A stretch of 64,000 nucleotides of DNA from Candidatus Marinacidobacterales bacterium (GCA_965224085.1 CBDCYI010000011.1:416001-480000); one strand, 5' to 3'. Shown: positions 9,559-20,307, counted from the stretch's first letter. Translations and numbers: made by a program. Notes: generated by a model not told the origin, from the letters alone.

Positions 9559-10377
9559 CTACAACGAACTTCCGCAGTCCTTGCAGAACTTGGCGTCCGC
9601 CTCGTGCCCTTCGCTGGCACAGCTCGGGCAGACTTGGGTGCTCATCGACCGTTTCTTGACAGCGGACATTTCGACGCTGACGATGCCTGTCGGCACCGCG
9701 ATGATTCCGTAGCCGAGAATCATGATAAGCGACGCAAGGAGCTTTCCGGGGATGGTTTGCGGAGCGATGTCCCCATAGCCAACCGTTGTCATCGTCACCA
9801 CCGCCCAATACATGCCTTGTGGAATGCTGGTAAACCCGCTCTGCTCTCCTTCGATGAGATACATGAGGGCACCGACGATGAGAACGGCAGTCATCACCGC
9901 GCCGAGGAAGACGATGATCTTGTGGATGCTTGCGTGAAGTGCCTCTCGGAGCTCTTTGGCCTCGCCGACGAAATGTACGAGCTTCAGCACGCGAAATACC
10001 CGGAGAAGCCGTAGCGCTCGGATGACGAGGAGCGACTGCGCTCCGGTGAAGACGACGCTCAAATAAGTGGGAACGATGGCAAGAAGGTCGACGATTCCGT
10101 AGAAGCTGAATGTGTAGGCCAGCGGTCTGCCGACGCAGTAGAGCCGGAGCACGTACTCCACGGTGAAGAGGATAGTGATCGTCCATTCTGCCGCTCGGAG
10201 GGCGGCACCGTAAGCCTCGCGGACGGGGGCCACACTTTCAAGCATGACCGCAACGACGCTGGCGAGGATGAAGACGAGCAGCGCCACGTCGAACGCCTTT
10301 CCCCCGGCCGTATCTGCTTCGAAAATGACTTCGTGGAGCTTGGCTCGACGGGATGACGAGTGTGTGCTCTCGGTCAC
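9559..10377 (-). CDS. Voltage-gated-type potassium channel (ion transporter)
   Basis: S4 segment RALRLLRVFRVLK, filter TTVGYGD, C-terminal CxxC...CxxC. Confidence 0.93.
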   Translation of the reverse strand: MTESTHSSSRRAKLHEVIFEADTAGGKAFDVALLVFILASVVAVMLESVAPVREAYGAALRAAEWTITILFTVEYVLRLYCVGRPLAYTFSFYGIVDLLAIVPTYLSVVFTGAQSLLVIRALRLLRVFRVLKLVHFVGEAKELREALHASIHKIIVFLGAVMTAVLIVGALMYLIEGEQSGFTSIPQGMYWAVVTMTTVGYGDIAPQTIPGKLLASLIMILGYGIIAVPTGIVSVEMSAVKKRSMSTQVCPSCASEGHEADAKFCKDCGSSL

Positions 10378-10395
10378 GGCGCGGCTATGCTACCG

Positions 10396-10960
10396 CAACA
10401 GCAGGGTCGCCTTGGTGACACGTGGCACCTGGACGAGGTCTTCATAAAGATACAAGGCGAACGCCAATACCTCTGGCGCGCGGTAGACCAAGATGGTGAT
10501 GTGATTGATATCCTCGTCCAGCCTCGCCGTGATCAGAAAGCCGCCAAACGATTCTTCCGCAAGCTGTTGAAAGGGCAAGGCCGTCCGCCCTGGCAGCTGG
10601 TCACCGACAAACTGAGAAGCTACAGCGCCGCTCACCGCGAGGTCATGCCGTCCGTCGTCCACGACACTGACCAGTACAGAAACAACCTAGCCGAAGTCTC
10701 GCACGAACCGACGCGACAACGGGAACGACAGATGCGGAAGTTTAAAACTCCTGGGCAGGCGCAACGATTCTTGACCGTGCATGGACTCGTGCAAAACCTC
10801 TTTCGCGTCGGACGGCATTTGTTGCAAGCGCATCATCATCGGGAGCTACGAGACCGCGCTTTCATCGTCTGGCAGGAGGTAACCTGTGCCGTCCGATGAG
10901 AGCAAAGGAAATCAGCTCGACGCAATAGGTTCGCTCGCTCAACGTCAACTTGACAATACC
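10396..10960 (+). mobile_element. IS6-family element, 5'-truncated; C-terminal DDE transposase (to 10899) and right inverted repeat
   Basis: WHLDEVF...YLWRAVDQDG...TDKLRSY...NNLAEVSH; terminal CAACTTGACAATACC at 10946-10960. Confidence 0.85.
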
Positions 10961-13175
10961 GGCGAAAGTCTTCCAGGAGGAAACGCCCGACGCCGATAGC
11001 TCGATGTCGCCCACACTCACACGAGATGCTACTCGGGTTGGGGTGATCCTTGGCACCGCCGCCTATATGAGCTCGGAGCAAGCGAAGGGCAAGAAGGTCG
11101 ATAAGAGGGCGGATGTTTGGGCCTTTGGTGTAGTGCTTTATGAGATGCTTACGGGCAAGCGAGCGTTTGCGGGCGAAGACGTATCGGACACGCTTGCATA
11201 TGTGTTGACCAAAGAGCCGGATTGGACAGCGCTGCCTGGAAAGGCTCCGACTTTCGTTCGGCAGGTGTTGCGGCTTTGTGTCACGAAGGATCCGAAAGGG
11301 CGGCCACGGGACATCGGCGACGTGCGCTTGGCGATGAAGGGTGCTTTCGAGACGGCGGCGCCTTTGCCCACCGAAGCGAAGGCGCCTCCCGAGCCCAAAC
11401 TCTGGCAGCGGCCGATCCCGCTGGTGCTCGCGGGCGTGGGCTTGTGTGTCGTCGGAGGACTCGCCGTCTGGAGCTTCACGCCGGAGACGGAACGTCCGCT
11501 CGGCCGCTTCGTCGTGAGCACGTCGACCACCGATCCCTTTCTAGGCGAGCACCCGGTGCACCGTGAGCTCGCCATCTCTCCCGACGGTAGTCGCGTCGTG
11601 TACGTCACGGGTCGAGGCCCGGGCGTACAACTCTACGTGCGGCCGGTGGACCAACTCGATGGCACGGCTGGTGTGGGCGGTTTGAATTCCACCACACCGT
11701 TCTTCTCCCCTGATGGAGCCTGGCTGGGATTTTTCTCCCGCGCCGACGGAGCCTGGAAAAAAGTTTCCATTCTCGGCGGGCCGCCCGTCACCTTGTTCGA
11801 GGAGACAGCGGGGCCTCGCGGCGCCTCTTGGGGACCCGACGGTACCATCATCTTTGCACAGGGCGGCGCCGGGACCGGACTTTTCCGTGGCTCCGACGCA
11901 GGTGGGGAGTACGAGGTGCTCACCACGCCCGACGAGGCACGGGGTGAGCTGAACCACCGGTGGCCGGAGTTTTTGCCCAGCGGCCGCGCGGTTCTCTTCA
12001 CGATTGACAATGGTATTTCCGATCAGGACCGGCAAATCGCCGTCCTCGACTTGGAGACGAATGGGTACACGGTGCTCGTTCCTGGCGGTAGTCATCCCCG
12101 CTACGCATCGACGGGTCATATCGTCTACGGCGCTGGCGGCACGCTCCGTGCCGTACCGTTCGATGTCGCCCGGCTCGAGGTGACCGGCAACCCGGTGCCG
12201 GTGGTGGAGGGCGTCATGATGAAGACGTCCGGCGCCGCGAATTTCGGCCTCTCATCGACGGGCTCACTGGTGTATGCGGCAGGAGGCGGTGGGGGCTCGA
12301 CCATTGTCTCGCTGGTGTGGGTGGATCGAGACGGCAACGAAGAGCCGGTAGCCTTGGAGCCGCGACGCTACGGGGAATTCAGCCTGTCCCCCGATGGCAC
12401 GCGGGTCGCGATCCGGCTAGACGATTCAGAGGGCACTGACGTGTGGCTCTACGATCTAACGCGCGACACCTTCACGCGTCTCACATTTGATCCAGCCATG
12501 GAGACCTTTCCGACGTGGACGCCGGATGGAGCACGGGTAGCGTTCGGCTCGCTAGTTGCACCCTTGTCCTGGAAAGCCGCCGATGGTACCGGCGCAGTCG
12601 AACAGCTGGGCGAGCGGGAGTTACAGTTTCCCCAGGCGTTTACGCCCGACGGGAAGACCGTGGTCTTCACGCAGGCAAATCGGCCCAACGACGATCTTGG
12701 CTTGATGAGCTTGGACGGGGAACGGACGTCGACGCCCTTGCTCGACTCAACGTTCAACGAACGGAACGCAGCCTTGTCCCCGGACGGCCGATGGCTTGCT
12801 TACGAGTCCAACGAGTCGGGCGGGCCCTTCCCCGAAGTCAACGCCGGGCGGTGGCAGATCTCGAACGATGAGGGTCGATGGCCGGTGTGGAGCCCCAACG
12901 GAGACGAGCTGTTCTTTCGCGACCCATCGGGCGTGGTCGCGCTAACGTTCGTCACCGACCCGACGTTCACCCCGGGCGCCCTCACGCATCTGTTCGCGTG
13001 GGAGTTCGTCGGCTCACCTAATCGAAAGATGGCGGCCTCACCGGATGGGAACCGGTTCTTGATGCTCAAGAGTGCGAGCAGCGACACGGACGACGAGGAC
13101 GCGCCAGCACCGCAGATCATCCTGACGTTGAACTGGTTCGATGAGCTAAGACGCCTCGTTCCCACCGATAACTGA
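10961..13175 (+). pseudogene. Hanks-type Ser/Thr kinase-TM-PD40/WD40 protein, N-terminal kinase half missing
   Basis: Starts at AK of the DFGLAK segment, then GTAAYMSSEQ, DVWAFG, a TM helix and SPDG repeats; small deletion at ESNESG|GPFP. Confidence 0.85.
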
Positions 13176-13306
13176 GAAAATGTTGGCTGTACTTGGGTGC
13201 GGCAGTAGGGTGTGGTGAAATTATCAGCTCCGCATGTGGTCAAGATGTGGTCACCGCGCCGCGATACCATCTGTAAATAATTGAGACACAATGAGTTAAC
13301 TTTATA

Positions 13307-13393
13307 TGGTGCCGAAGGGGGGATTCGAACCCCCACAGGTGTTACCCCATACGCCCCTCAAGCGCACGTGTCTACCAATTCCACCACTTCGGC
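13307..13393 (-). tRNA. tRNA-Leu(GAG)
   Basis: GCCGAAGTGGTGGAATTGGTAGACACG...TTGAGGG anticodon loop, long variable arm, GGTTCGAATCC...GGCACCA. Confidence 0.97.
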
Positions 13394-13421
13394 ACTAGGA
13401 AGGTGTCCCTGAGGACGCGCC

Positions 13422-13450
13422 ATTATAAGAATGTAGAGTGGCAACTGCAA
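13422..13450 (-). promoter_or_regulatory. sigma70 promoter of tRNA-Leu
   Basis: TTGCAG-17nt-TATAAT followed by a GC-rich discriminator GGCGCG. Confidence 0.7.
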
Positions 13451-13498
13451 GATTGGCCGACTGAGAGCACCCGTCGGTCCTGCCTCCCAGGCGCGACT

Positions 13499-13885
13499 TT
13501 ATTGCGGGTTCGGTGATTCGCCGTCGGGGGGCGGATCTTCTGATTCGCCGGCGTCTGCGTCGTCGGCTCCGGCTTCGGGCGTTTCGCCAGACGGTTCCCC
13601 CGCTGCCGGTTGGGAAGCTGCCGGCGTGTCCTGGATGACCGATTCCCCGGTGACCGCCGGGCGGAGGTAGCTCAGGCTGAGGGAGGTCAACATGAATAGC
13701 GCCGCCACTCCGGCGGTGATCTTGGAGAGAAGGGTGGCGGTGCCACGAGCGCCGAAGGCCGTCTGTGAACCGGTTCCACCGAAAGCACTTGCGAGATCCT
13801 GCCCTTTGCCCTGTTGCGTCAGGACGATGAGGATCAAAAACACGCTCACGAACACGTGGAGGATCGTGATGAGAATCACTAACAT
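13499..13885 (-). CDS. secG: Preprotein translocase subunit SecG
   Basis: LIVLTQQGKGQDLASAFGG...FGARG; tpiA-secG-tRNA-Leu context. Confidence 0.95.
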   Translation of the reverse strand: MLVILITILHVFVSVFLILIVLTQQGKGQDLASAFGGTGSQTAFGARGTATLLSKITAGVAALFMLTSLSLSYLRPAVTGESVIQDTPAASQPAAGEPSGETPEAGADDADAGESEDPPPDGESPNPQ

Positions 13886-13889
13886 TTTT

Positions 13890-14651
13890 CTACGTTCTCC
13901 GTTCGAAGCCGCAGATGCGGTTGAAGGAGTCGAGCTTTAGGCTCGCTCCTCCGACCAGGGTTCCATCGATGTCGGCCTCTGCCATGAGGTCGTCTACATT
14001 ATCTGGTTTTACGCTGCCGCCGTAAAGGAGGCGGACGGTTTCGGCGTCGTCGGTGTTGAAGAGCTTCGCGAGCTGGCCGCGGATGGATTGGTGGACTTCC
14101 TCCGCCTGCGCGGGGGTCGCGGTGCGGCCCGTGCCAATCGCCCAGATCGGCTCGTAGGCGATGACGATTCGATCAAGCTGGGTTTCGGCCACGTCTTTGA
14201 GCGCCTCTTTCACTTGGCGGTCGACGACGACGTAGGTCACACCTCGGTCGCGCTCGGCGTCGGTCTCGCCGACGCAAAGGATCGGGATGAGGTCGTGGGT
14301 CAGCGCGGCGAGCACCTTCTTGTTCGCGCTTTTGTCGGTCTCTCCGAAGAACTGGCGGCGCTCAGAGTGGCCGATGATCGCATAGTCGCAGCCGACATCC
14401 TTGAGCATGATGGGTGACACTTCGCCCGTGAACGCGCCCTCTTCTTCCCAGTACAGATTCTGGGCGCCGAGTGCGATGGGTGTGCCGCGAATTTCCTTAC
14501 GCACTTTGCTCAAGGCGGTGAAGGGCGGGGCCAGCACGATGTCCACATCATCCATGTCGCGGCAGCGTTCAACGATTCCTTGGGCGAGCTCGGTGCCCTC
14601 GCCGAGCGTCATATGCATCTTCCAGTTGGCGGCGATGATGGGTCTACGCAT
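13890..14651 (-). CDS. tpiA: Triosephosphate isomerase
   Basis: AANWKM, IGHSERR, AYEPIWAIGTG, LYGGSVK. Confidence 0.98.
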   Translation of the reverse strand: MRRPIIAANWKMHMTLGEGTELAQGIVERCRDMDDVDIVLAPPFTALSKVRKEIRGTPIALGAQNLYWEEEGAFTGEVSPIMLKDVGCDYAIIGHSERRQFFGETDKSANKKVLAALTHDLIPILCVGETDAERDRGVTYVVVDRQVKEALKDVAETQLDRIVIAYEPIWAIGTGRTATPAQAEEVHQSIRGQLAKLFNTDDAETVRLLYGGSVKPDNVDDLMAEADIDGTLVGGASLKLDSFNRICGFERRT

Positions 14652-15819
14652 CCGTCAATACCTCGACTCCGGGGAGCTTTTCTCCGGCGAGAAACTCGAG
14701 TGACGCGCCTCCGCCCGTCGAGATATGGGTGATGCGGTCGGCGACGCCGGCTTGGTGTACCGCGGCGACGGAATCACCGCCTCCGACCACGCTCGTTCCA
14801 TCGCTCGCGGCAACGATCTCGGCGAGCGCCATCGTTCCTTTGGCGAACGGCTCCATCTCAAAAACACCCATCGGGCCGTTCCACAGAGTCATCTTCGCGG
14901 CGCGGATGGCGTCGCCGTAGGCGGCGACGGCCTTGGGACCGATGTCCAGTCCCATCCAGCCGTCCGGGATCTCGCCGATCGGCATCGCGCGGTGCTCGGC
15001 TTCCGCGTCGAACTTCGAGGCCACGATGTGGTCGAGCGGCAGTACGAGTTTCTCGCCGGCTTCCTCGAGGAGACTTTTGGCGAGGTCGATCTTGTCTTCC
15101 TCGACGAGCGAGATCCCGGTGGGAAGTCCTTGTGCTCGTAGAAATGTGTAGGCCATCCCTCCGCCGACGAGCAAGCGATCGACTTTTTTGAGCAGCGATC
15201 GCACGACCTCGATCTTATCGGAGACTTTCGCGCCTCCGAGAATGGCTATAAATGGGCGAGGCGGATCGGTTAGCGCCATGCCGAGATAGTGGAGCTCTTT
15301 TTCCATCAGCATCCCGGCCGCCGCTTGCTCGAAATGCCGCACCATGCCCTGCGTGGACGCGTGCGCGCGATGCGCGGTGCCGAAGGCGTCGTTCACGTAG
15401 AGCTCGGCGGTCGTCGAGAGACGGCGCGCGAAGTCAGCATTGTTGTCGGTCTCGCCGGCGTAGAAGCGAAGGTTCTCGAGGAGCAGCACATCGCCATTCA
15501 CAAGCTTTCCCACTTCGGCATCGACGGCGGCGCCCACGATTTCACTGCAGAATTGCACGGGTGTGAAAAGAAGCTCCGCGATCCTCTCGGCTACCGGCGC
15601 TAGGCTCAACTCGGGGCGTCGCTTTCCTTTCGGGCGTCCTAGGTGTGAGCCGAGCACGATCCGCGCGCCCGCGTCGAGCGCGCGCTTCAGTGTCGGGAGC
15701 GTGGCTCGAATCCGTGTATCCTCTTGAACGACACCGTCTTTCAGCGGTACGTTGAAGTCCACCCGCACGAAGACGCGACGCCCTGCCATCTCTAGTGCGT
15801 CCATCGTGAGTTTCTTCAT
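14644..15819 (-). CDS. pgk: Phosphoglycerate kinase
   Basis: RVDFNVP, SHLGRP, LLENLRF, NDAFGTAHRAHAS, STGGGASLE. Confidence 0.98.
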   Translation of the reverse strand: MKKLTMDALEMAGRRVFVRVDFNVPLKDGVVQEDTRIRATLPTLKRALDAGARIVLGSHLGRPKGKRRPELSLAPVAERIAELLFTPVQFCSEIVGAAVDAEVGKLVNGDVLLLENLRFYAGETDNNADFARRLSTTAELYVNDAFGTAHRAHASTQGMVRHFEQAAAGMLMEKELHYLGMALTDPPRPFIAILGGAKVSDKIEVVRSLLKKVDRLLVGGGMAYTFLRAQGLPTGISLVEEDKIDLAKSLLEEAGEKLVLPLDHIVASKFDAEAEHRAMPIGEIPDGWMGLDIGPKAVAAYGDAIRAAKMTLWNGPMGVFEMEPFAKGTMALAEIVAASDGTSVVGGGDSVAAVHQAGVADRITHISTGGGASLEFLAGEKLPGVEVLTDA

Positions 15820-15914
15820 CGCCAGGCAAACGTTGATTATAGCTTATCGAGCCTACCGACAGATTGCGGTCTCGGTAGCACACCCGCAAAAGATTTTTGC
15901 TATACTCCCCGCGA

Positions 15915-16105
15915 CAGACAGGCTCAGGTGCCCGAATGGTTCGGATAAAAGGGAATGGGGTGAGAAGCCCCAACGGCCCACGCCACTGTAAGCGGAAAGC
16001 CTAAGTCCACGCGAAGCGATTGGCAGCCACTCTCGGCGCGATGCCCGGGGGGAAGGCGGACGGAAGGCGCGGATCCGTGAGTCAGGAAACCTGCCCGAGT
16101 CGAGA
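15915..16105 (+). ncRNA. Cobalamin riboswitch
   Basis: AGGTGC...AAAAGGGAATGGGGTGAGAAGCCCCAACGGCCC...GCCACTGTAA...GCCACT...GGGAAGGC...B12 box GAGTCAGGAAACCTGCC; extended -10 TGcTATACT at 15898-15906; upstream of a btuB-like gene. Confidence 0.95.
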
Positions 16106-16155
16106 AGTCGGGGTGCTCTTCGGTGGGAAGAGCCCGGTTTCGAGGCAGGCTCAGC

Positions 16156-16193
16156 GAAACTTCTCGTCCACCGAAGGCGAGAAGTTTTTTCTT
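16156..16193 (+). terminator. Riboswitch expression-platform terminator
   Basis: AAACTTCTCG pairs with CGAGAAGTTT, followed by a T-run; the loop CCACCGAAG is complementary to upstream CTTCGGTGG. Confidence 0.8.
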
Positions 16194-16246
16194 GCCTTCA
16201 GTGTCGCCTGCTATCGAGACTCGCAGTGTTGACTGGGAGGTCTCAG

Positions 16247-18568
16247 ATGCGCGTTCTGTTCACTTTTCTCCTTAGCTTGGCCGCGAGCGGTGCCCTCGCG
16301 GATTCTATCGACATCTTTGTGGTCGATCCCCAAGACGCGGGCGTGCCGCACGCGACGGTGAAGCTCTCGCGGCGCGATGCTCTGTGGCGCGCGAGCATCC
16401 GCGTGGACGGCGAAGGCCGTTATCGGTTCGGGCTTTTAACGCCCGGTGTCTATATCGTGCAGGCGGAAGCTTCCGGTTTCACACGGAGCGCGGCGCAAGT
16501 CGTTCGGCTCGTCGACGGTGCTTCGGCATCGCTGGAGCTTCGGCTCGACCTCGCCGTCTTCGAAGAATCTGTCGTCGTTACGAGTGCGGACACGGCGCAG
16601 ACATCCGGTGAGATCACGAAGACGATCTCCGTCGTGGGGTGGAAAGAATTCGAAGCGCGCGATGAGTACTTCATTCCGGAGGCGCTTCGCACCGTACCCG
16701 GGGTTAGGGTACAGCAGCTCGGCGGTCCGGGAAGCTTCACCTCCATCAAGATCCGCGGGCTTCGAACCGAAGATACCGCCGTGCTTCTTGACGGCGCACG
16801 TTTTCGCGATCCCGCCGCGCCACAGGGCGATGCCTCGCCTTATCTCGAAGCGCTCATGGCGACCGGTCTCGATCGGGTGGAAATGCTTCGCGGCACAGGC
16901 GCAACACTTTACGGCACCAATGCCGGCGGCGGCGCCATTAATGTTGTTACGGACCCCGGTGGCGGCGAGCCGCGTGGGAGTGTTCTTGCCGAAGGCGGGG
17001 GCCTTGGCCTTTTTCGCGCGAACGCTCAGACTTCCGGTGGCTATCACGATCGACTTCTCTACAGCTTCGGCCTCGCCCATCTGAACGTCGCCGACGGGGT
17101 CGACGGCAATGACTCCGTGCGCAATACGAGCGTTAAAGGTCTGGCCCAGCTGGAGCTCGGGCCCACGTCGAGTCTCGCGTTCCGTTTCTACGGTGCGAAC
17201 GCGAAGATCGACTTGAACGAGAGCCCAGAAGCGCTCGGAGAGCTCCCTCCGACTGGCATCATTGACGCGGTCGCCGACGGCAACTACGTACCGAGCGCGG
17301 ATGACCCCGACTCACAACGCGACGCGAGCTTTGCGTCGACGCTCGTGAGCTTCGATCAGAGGCTGCGGGACGATTTCGGCTACACCATCCGCTATCACGG
17401 TCTCTTCACCAGTCGAAACTTCTTCGATGGGCCCGAAGGCGTGAGCGCTTTCGAGCCCGTGAGCTCCACACTCGCCGAGTTCGATGGGAGCATCCACACG
17501 CTCATCGCCCGGACGGATCTCGATTGGGGGCGGCAGCACATCCAGGCGGGCTTCGAGCTCGAACAAGAGTCGTTCTTCAACCGCTCCTTGCCGGACGACC
17601 CGAACGCGAACTCGAGCGTCGATGTCTCGCAGACGAGCCAGAGCCTCTATGTGCAAGATCAAGTGAGCTTGATGAACGGGGCGCTTTCGATTGCTGGGGC
17701 CATGCGCGCGCAGTGGTTCTCGCTGAGCGATCCCGTGTTTGCTCCATCGACGAACGCGCCTTTCGTGGGTACGGAGGTCGCATCACCGGAGAGCGCTTTC
17801 ACCGGCGATATTTCGGGTGCCTATGGCTTCGATAGCGGCACGAAGCTCCGCGCCCATTTCGGCAATGGCTATCGCGCGCCATCGCTGTTCGAGCGCTACG
17901 GCACGTCGTTCTCGTCCTTCGGCTATTTCGTCTTCGGAGATCCGCGCCTGAGCCCCGAGCGCAGCCACACTTTCGATGTGGGCGTCGAGCAGAGCTTTCT
18001 GTCGCAGCGCGCCCGCGTCTCGGCCACCTACTTTCGGACGCGGCTTTCGGAGATTATCATTTCCGACTTCTCCGGCGGTCTCGATCCGGGCACCGATCCT
18101 TTTGGCCGCTTCGGGGGCTATCTATCGACCGATGGTGGTACGACTCAAGGTATCGAGCTAGTGGGCTTTGTCGTCGCCCCTGGCGGACTTCAATTGAACA
18201 CGTCCTACACGTATACCGACGCGGAACCTCCGGCGGGCGTGACGGAAGATCAAACGCGCGCCTTCGTCATCCCGCGCCATCAGCTCTCGCTTGTCGCCAC
18301 GCAGCGCTTCGGGCGCCGCGTCACTCTGAGTCTCGATCTCGTTGCTTCGAGCAGCTATCTCGCGCCGATTTTCGACCCCGGCACTTTCGCGAGCCGCGTC
18401 TATCGCTTCGATAGCTACTTCAAGAGCGACTTCGTGGCGAGCTACCGTTTCGACTCGGGGATTCGTTTGTTCGGGAAGGTCGACAACCTCTTCGACCAGG
18501 AGATCTTCGAAAGCGGATTCAAGACACCCGGGCGCTACGCGCTCGTCGGCGCCGCGTTCGATTTCTAG
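16247..18568 (+). CDS. btuB: TonB-dependent corrinoid receptor (BtuB-like) with N-terminal carboxypeptidase-regulatory-like domain
   Basis: Signal peptide, plug motifs (IRG, LLDG, RVEMLRG, LYG), C-terminal NLFD...PGR...F; lies under the riboswitch. Confidence 0.88.
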   Translation: MRVLFTFLLSLAASGALADSIDIFVVDPQDAGVPHATVKLSRRDALWRASIRVDGEGRYRFGLLTPGVYIVQAEASGFTRSAAQVVRLVDGASASLELRLDLAVFEESVVVTSADTAQTSGEITKTISVVGWKEFEARDEYFIPEALRTVPGVRVQQLGGPGSFTSIKIRGLRTEDTAVLLDGARFRDPAAPQGDASPYLEALMATGLDRVEMLRGTGATLYGTNAGGGAINVVTDPGGGEPRGSVLAEGGGLGLFRANAQTSGGYHDRLLYSFGLAHLNVADGVDGNDSVRNTSVKGLAQLELGPTSSLAFRFYGANAKIDLNESPEALGELPPTGIIDAVADGNYVPSADDPDSQRDASFASTLVSFDQRLRDDFGYTIRYHGLFTSRNFFDGPEGVSAFEPVSSTLAEFDGSIHTLIARTDLDWGRQHIQAGFELEQESFFNRSLPDDPNANSSVDVSQTSQSLYVQDQVSLMNGALSIAGAMRAQWFSLSDPVFAPSTNAPFVGTEVASPESAFTGDISGAYGFDSGTKLRAHFGNGYRAPSLFERYGTSFSSFGYFVFGDPRLSPERSHTFDVGVEQSFLSQRARVSATYFRTRLSEIIISDFSGGLDPGTDPFGRFGGYLSTDGGTTQGIELVGFVVAPGGLQLNTSYTYTDAEPPAGVTEDQTRAFVIPRHQLSLVATQRFGRRVTLSLDLVASSSYLAPIFDPGTFASRVYRFDSYFKSDFVASYRFDSGIRLFGKVDNLFDQEIFESGFKTPGRYALVGAAFDF

Positions 18569-18697
18569 GCAGGCTGATGATGAATCCATCTCAGTCTGCA
18601 CCAGCGGAGCGAGCACGGCGCGGATGCGCCGGTGGATGCCGAGCCGTGGGGTTGGGGCCCCGCGGCACACCATTGAAACGATTGAAACGATGAAACG

Positions 18698-19534
18698 ATG
18701 AAGCTGCTACTCGTTGTCGCGCTCGCGCAGCGCATCATTTCGCTCTCTCCGAGTGTCACCGAGATCCTTTCCGGGATCGACGCCTTCGATCGCGTCGTGG
18801 CCGTGTCGAGATACTGCGAGTATCCGCCCGAGGTCGAGAACCGTCCGCGTGTCGGTGGATGGACCGACACCAATCTGGAGCAGATCATAGCACTCGAGCC
18901 GGACCTCGTCATGCTTACTGGCGTCGACGCACAGGCTCCTCTCATGGAGCCGAAGCTCCATGCGCTCGGGATCGAGACGCTGGCGGTCGGGAGCCAATCG
19001 ATGGCCGACATCTTCGAGTCGATCGAGGCGATCGGCGAGGCCGTCGGTCACGAGGTGCAGGCCAGAAAGCTCGTAGGCGAAATGCGGGCGGAGCTCGACG
19101 ATATCCTTCGGCGGACGCGCGAGCTGCCGCGTCCCAAAGTGCTCGTCGTCGTGGATCGGCTTCCCGGCACGCTGCGTGATATCTATATCGCGACAGAAGG
19201 CAGCTATCTAACAGAGCTTGTCGAGATCGCGGGCGGCGAGCCGGTAACACCGCCCGCGCGGCACAACTACATGCAGCTCGGAGCTGAGGCGCTCGTCGTG
19301 CTCGACCCCGAAGTCATCTTCGATATGGTGCAAGCGCTCACGACGCCGACCGTGTTGGGGGGCGGCAGTCTTTCGGAAGACCCGATGGAGGTGTGGGGTA
19401 GCATTTCGGTGCGGGCGGTCGAGAACGACCGCATCTATCCTTTGACGAACAAGTTGCTCGTCCATCCGTCACAGTTCGCGGTCGAGGCCGCACGGGAGTT
19501 TGCGCGCCGTCTCCACCCCGAGGCCTTCGAGTGA
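18698..19534 (+). CDS. btuF: Cobalamin ABC transporter substrate-binding protein
   Basis: RIISLSPSVTEIL, YCEYP, EQIIALEPDLV. Confidence 0.85.
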   Translation: MKLLLVVALAQRIISLSPSVTEILSGIDAFDRVVAVSRYCEYPPEVENRPRVGGWTDTNLEQIIALEPDLVMLTGVDAQAPLMEPKLHALGIETLAVGSQSMADIFESIEAIGEAVGHEVQARKLVGEMRAELDDILRRTRELPRPKVLVVVDRLPGTLRDIYIATEGSYLTELVEIAGGEPVTPPARHNYMQLGAEALVVLDPEVIFDMVQALTTPTVLGGGSLSEDPMEVWGSISVRAVENDRIYPLTNKLLVHPSQFAVEAAREFARRLHPEAFE

Positions 19535-20307
19535 GCGCCATCCTCACGGCCGAATCTCTCGTCTTTTCCTACGGAGCCATGCGCGTGATCGAGGGGGTGT
19601 CCCTCTCGCTCGCGCGCGGGCATTTTTGCGGGCTCATCGGTCCGAATGGTTGCGGGAAGTCGACGCTATTGCGGTTGCTTTCCGGTGTTCTCTCGCCGTT
19701 CGAGGGCTCGGTCGTTCTAGAAGGGCATCCGCTCGGTGATATCGAGCCCCGCGCTCGGGCAAGGCGTATCGGCTATGTGCCGCAGCAGCAAACCCGCGTC
19801 TTTCCTTTTACCGCTCTCGAGCTCGTCTTGACAGGTCGAAGCCCGTATACGTCGCGGTTTCGTTTCGAGACTTCTCGCGACGTCGACATCGCGATGGAGG
19901 CGCTCGAGAATGTTGGTGCCGCGCACTTGGCGAAGCGTCCGATTACAGAGCTCTCGGGCGGCGAGCAGCAGATGGTCGTCGTCGCGAGGGCGCTCGCGCA
20001 GCGGGCGACTCTCTTGCTTCTCGACGAGCCCGCGGCCGCGCTCGATTTGAAACATCGTGCACAGCTTCTAGGCGCGCTGAAGCGTTTGCGCGACGAGAGA
20101 GAGCTCACCGTGCTCGTCGTGACTCACGAACTGCAGATGCTCGATGCGAGCTTCGACTATCTCTTGGCGATGCGCGGCGGCCGTCTCGTCGCCGAGGGCC
20201 CTTCCCAAGACGTATTGAACGAGAAAACGCTCGCGGAGATTTACGAAGACCCAGGTGTCCGAGCCCATCGGATCGAAGGCCGTACGTTCGTCTGGTCGGA
20301 GGGGTGA
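19531..20307 (+). CDS. btuD: Cobalamin/siderophore ABC transporter ATPase
   Basis: GPNGCGKST, LSGGE, LLLDEP. Confidence 0.85.
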   Translation: MSAILTAESLVFSYGAMRVIEGVSLSLARGHFCGLIGPNGCGKSTLLRLLSGVLSPFEGSVVLEGHPLGDIEPRARARRIGYVPQQQTRVFPFTALELVLTGRSPYTSRFRFETSRDVDIAMEALENVGAAHLAKRPITELSGGEQQMVVVARALAQRATLLLLDEPAAALDLKHRAQLLGALKRLRDERELTVLVVTHELQMLDASFDYLLAMRGGRLVAEGPSQDVLNEKTLAEIYEDPGVRAHRIEGRTFVWSEG

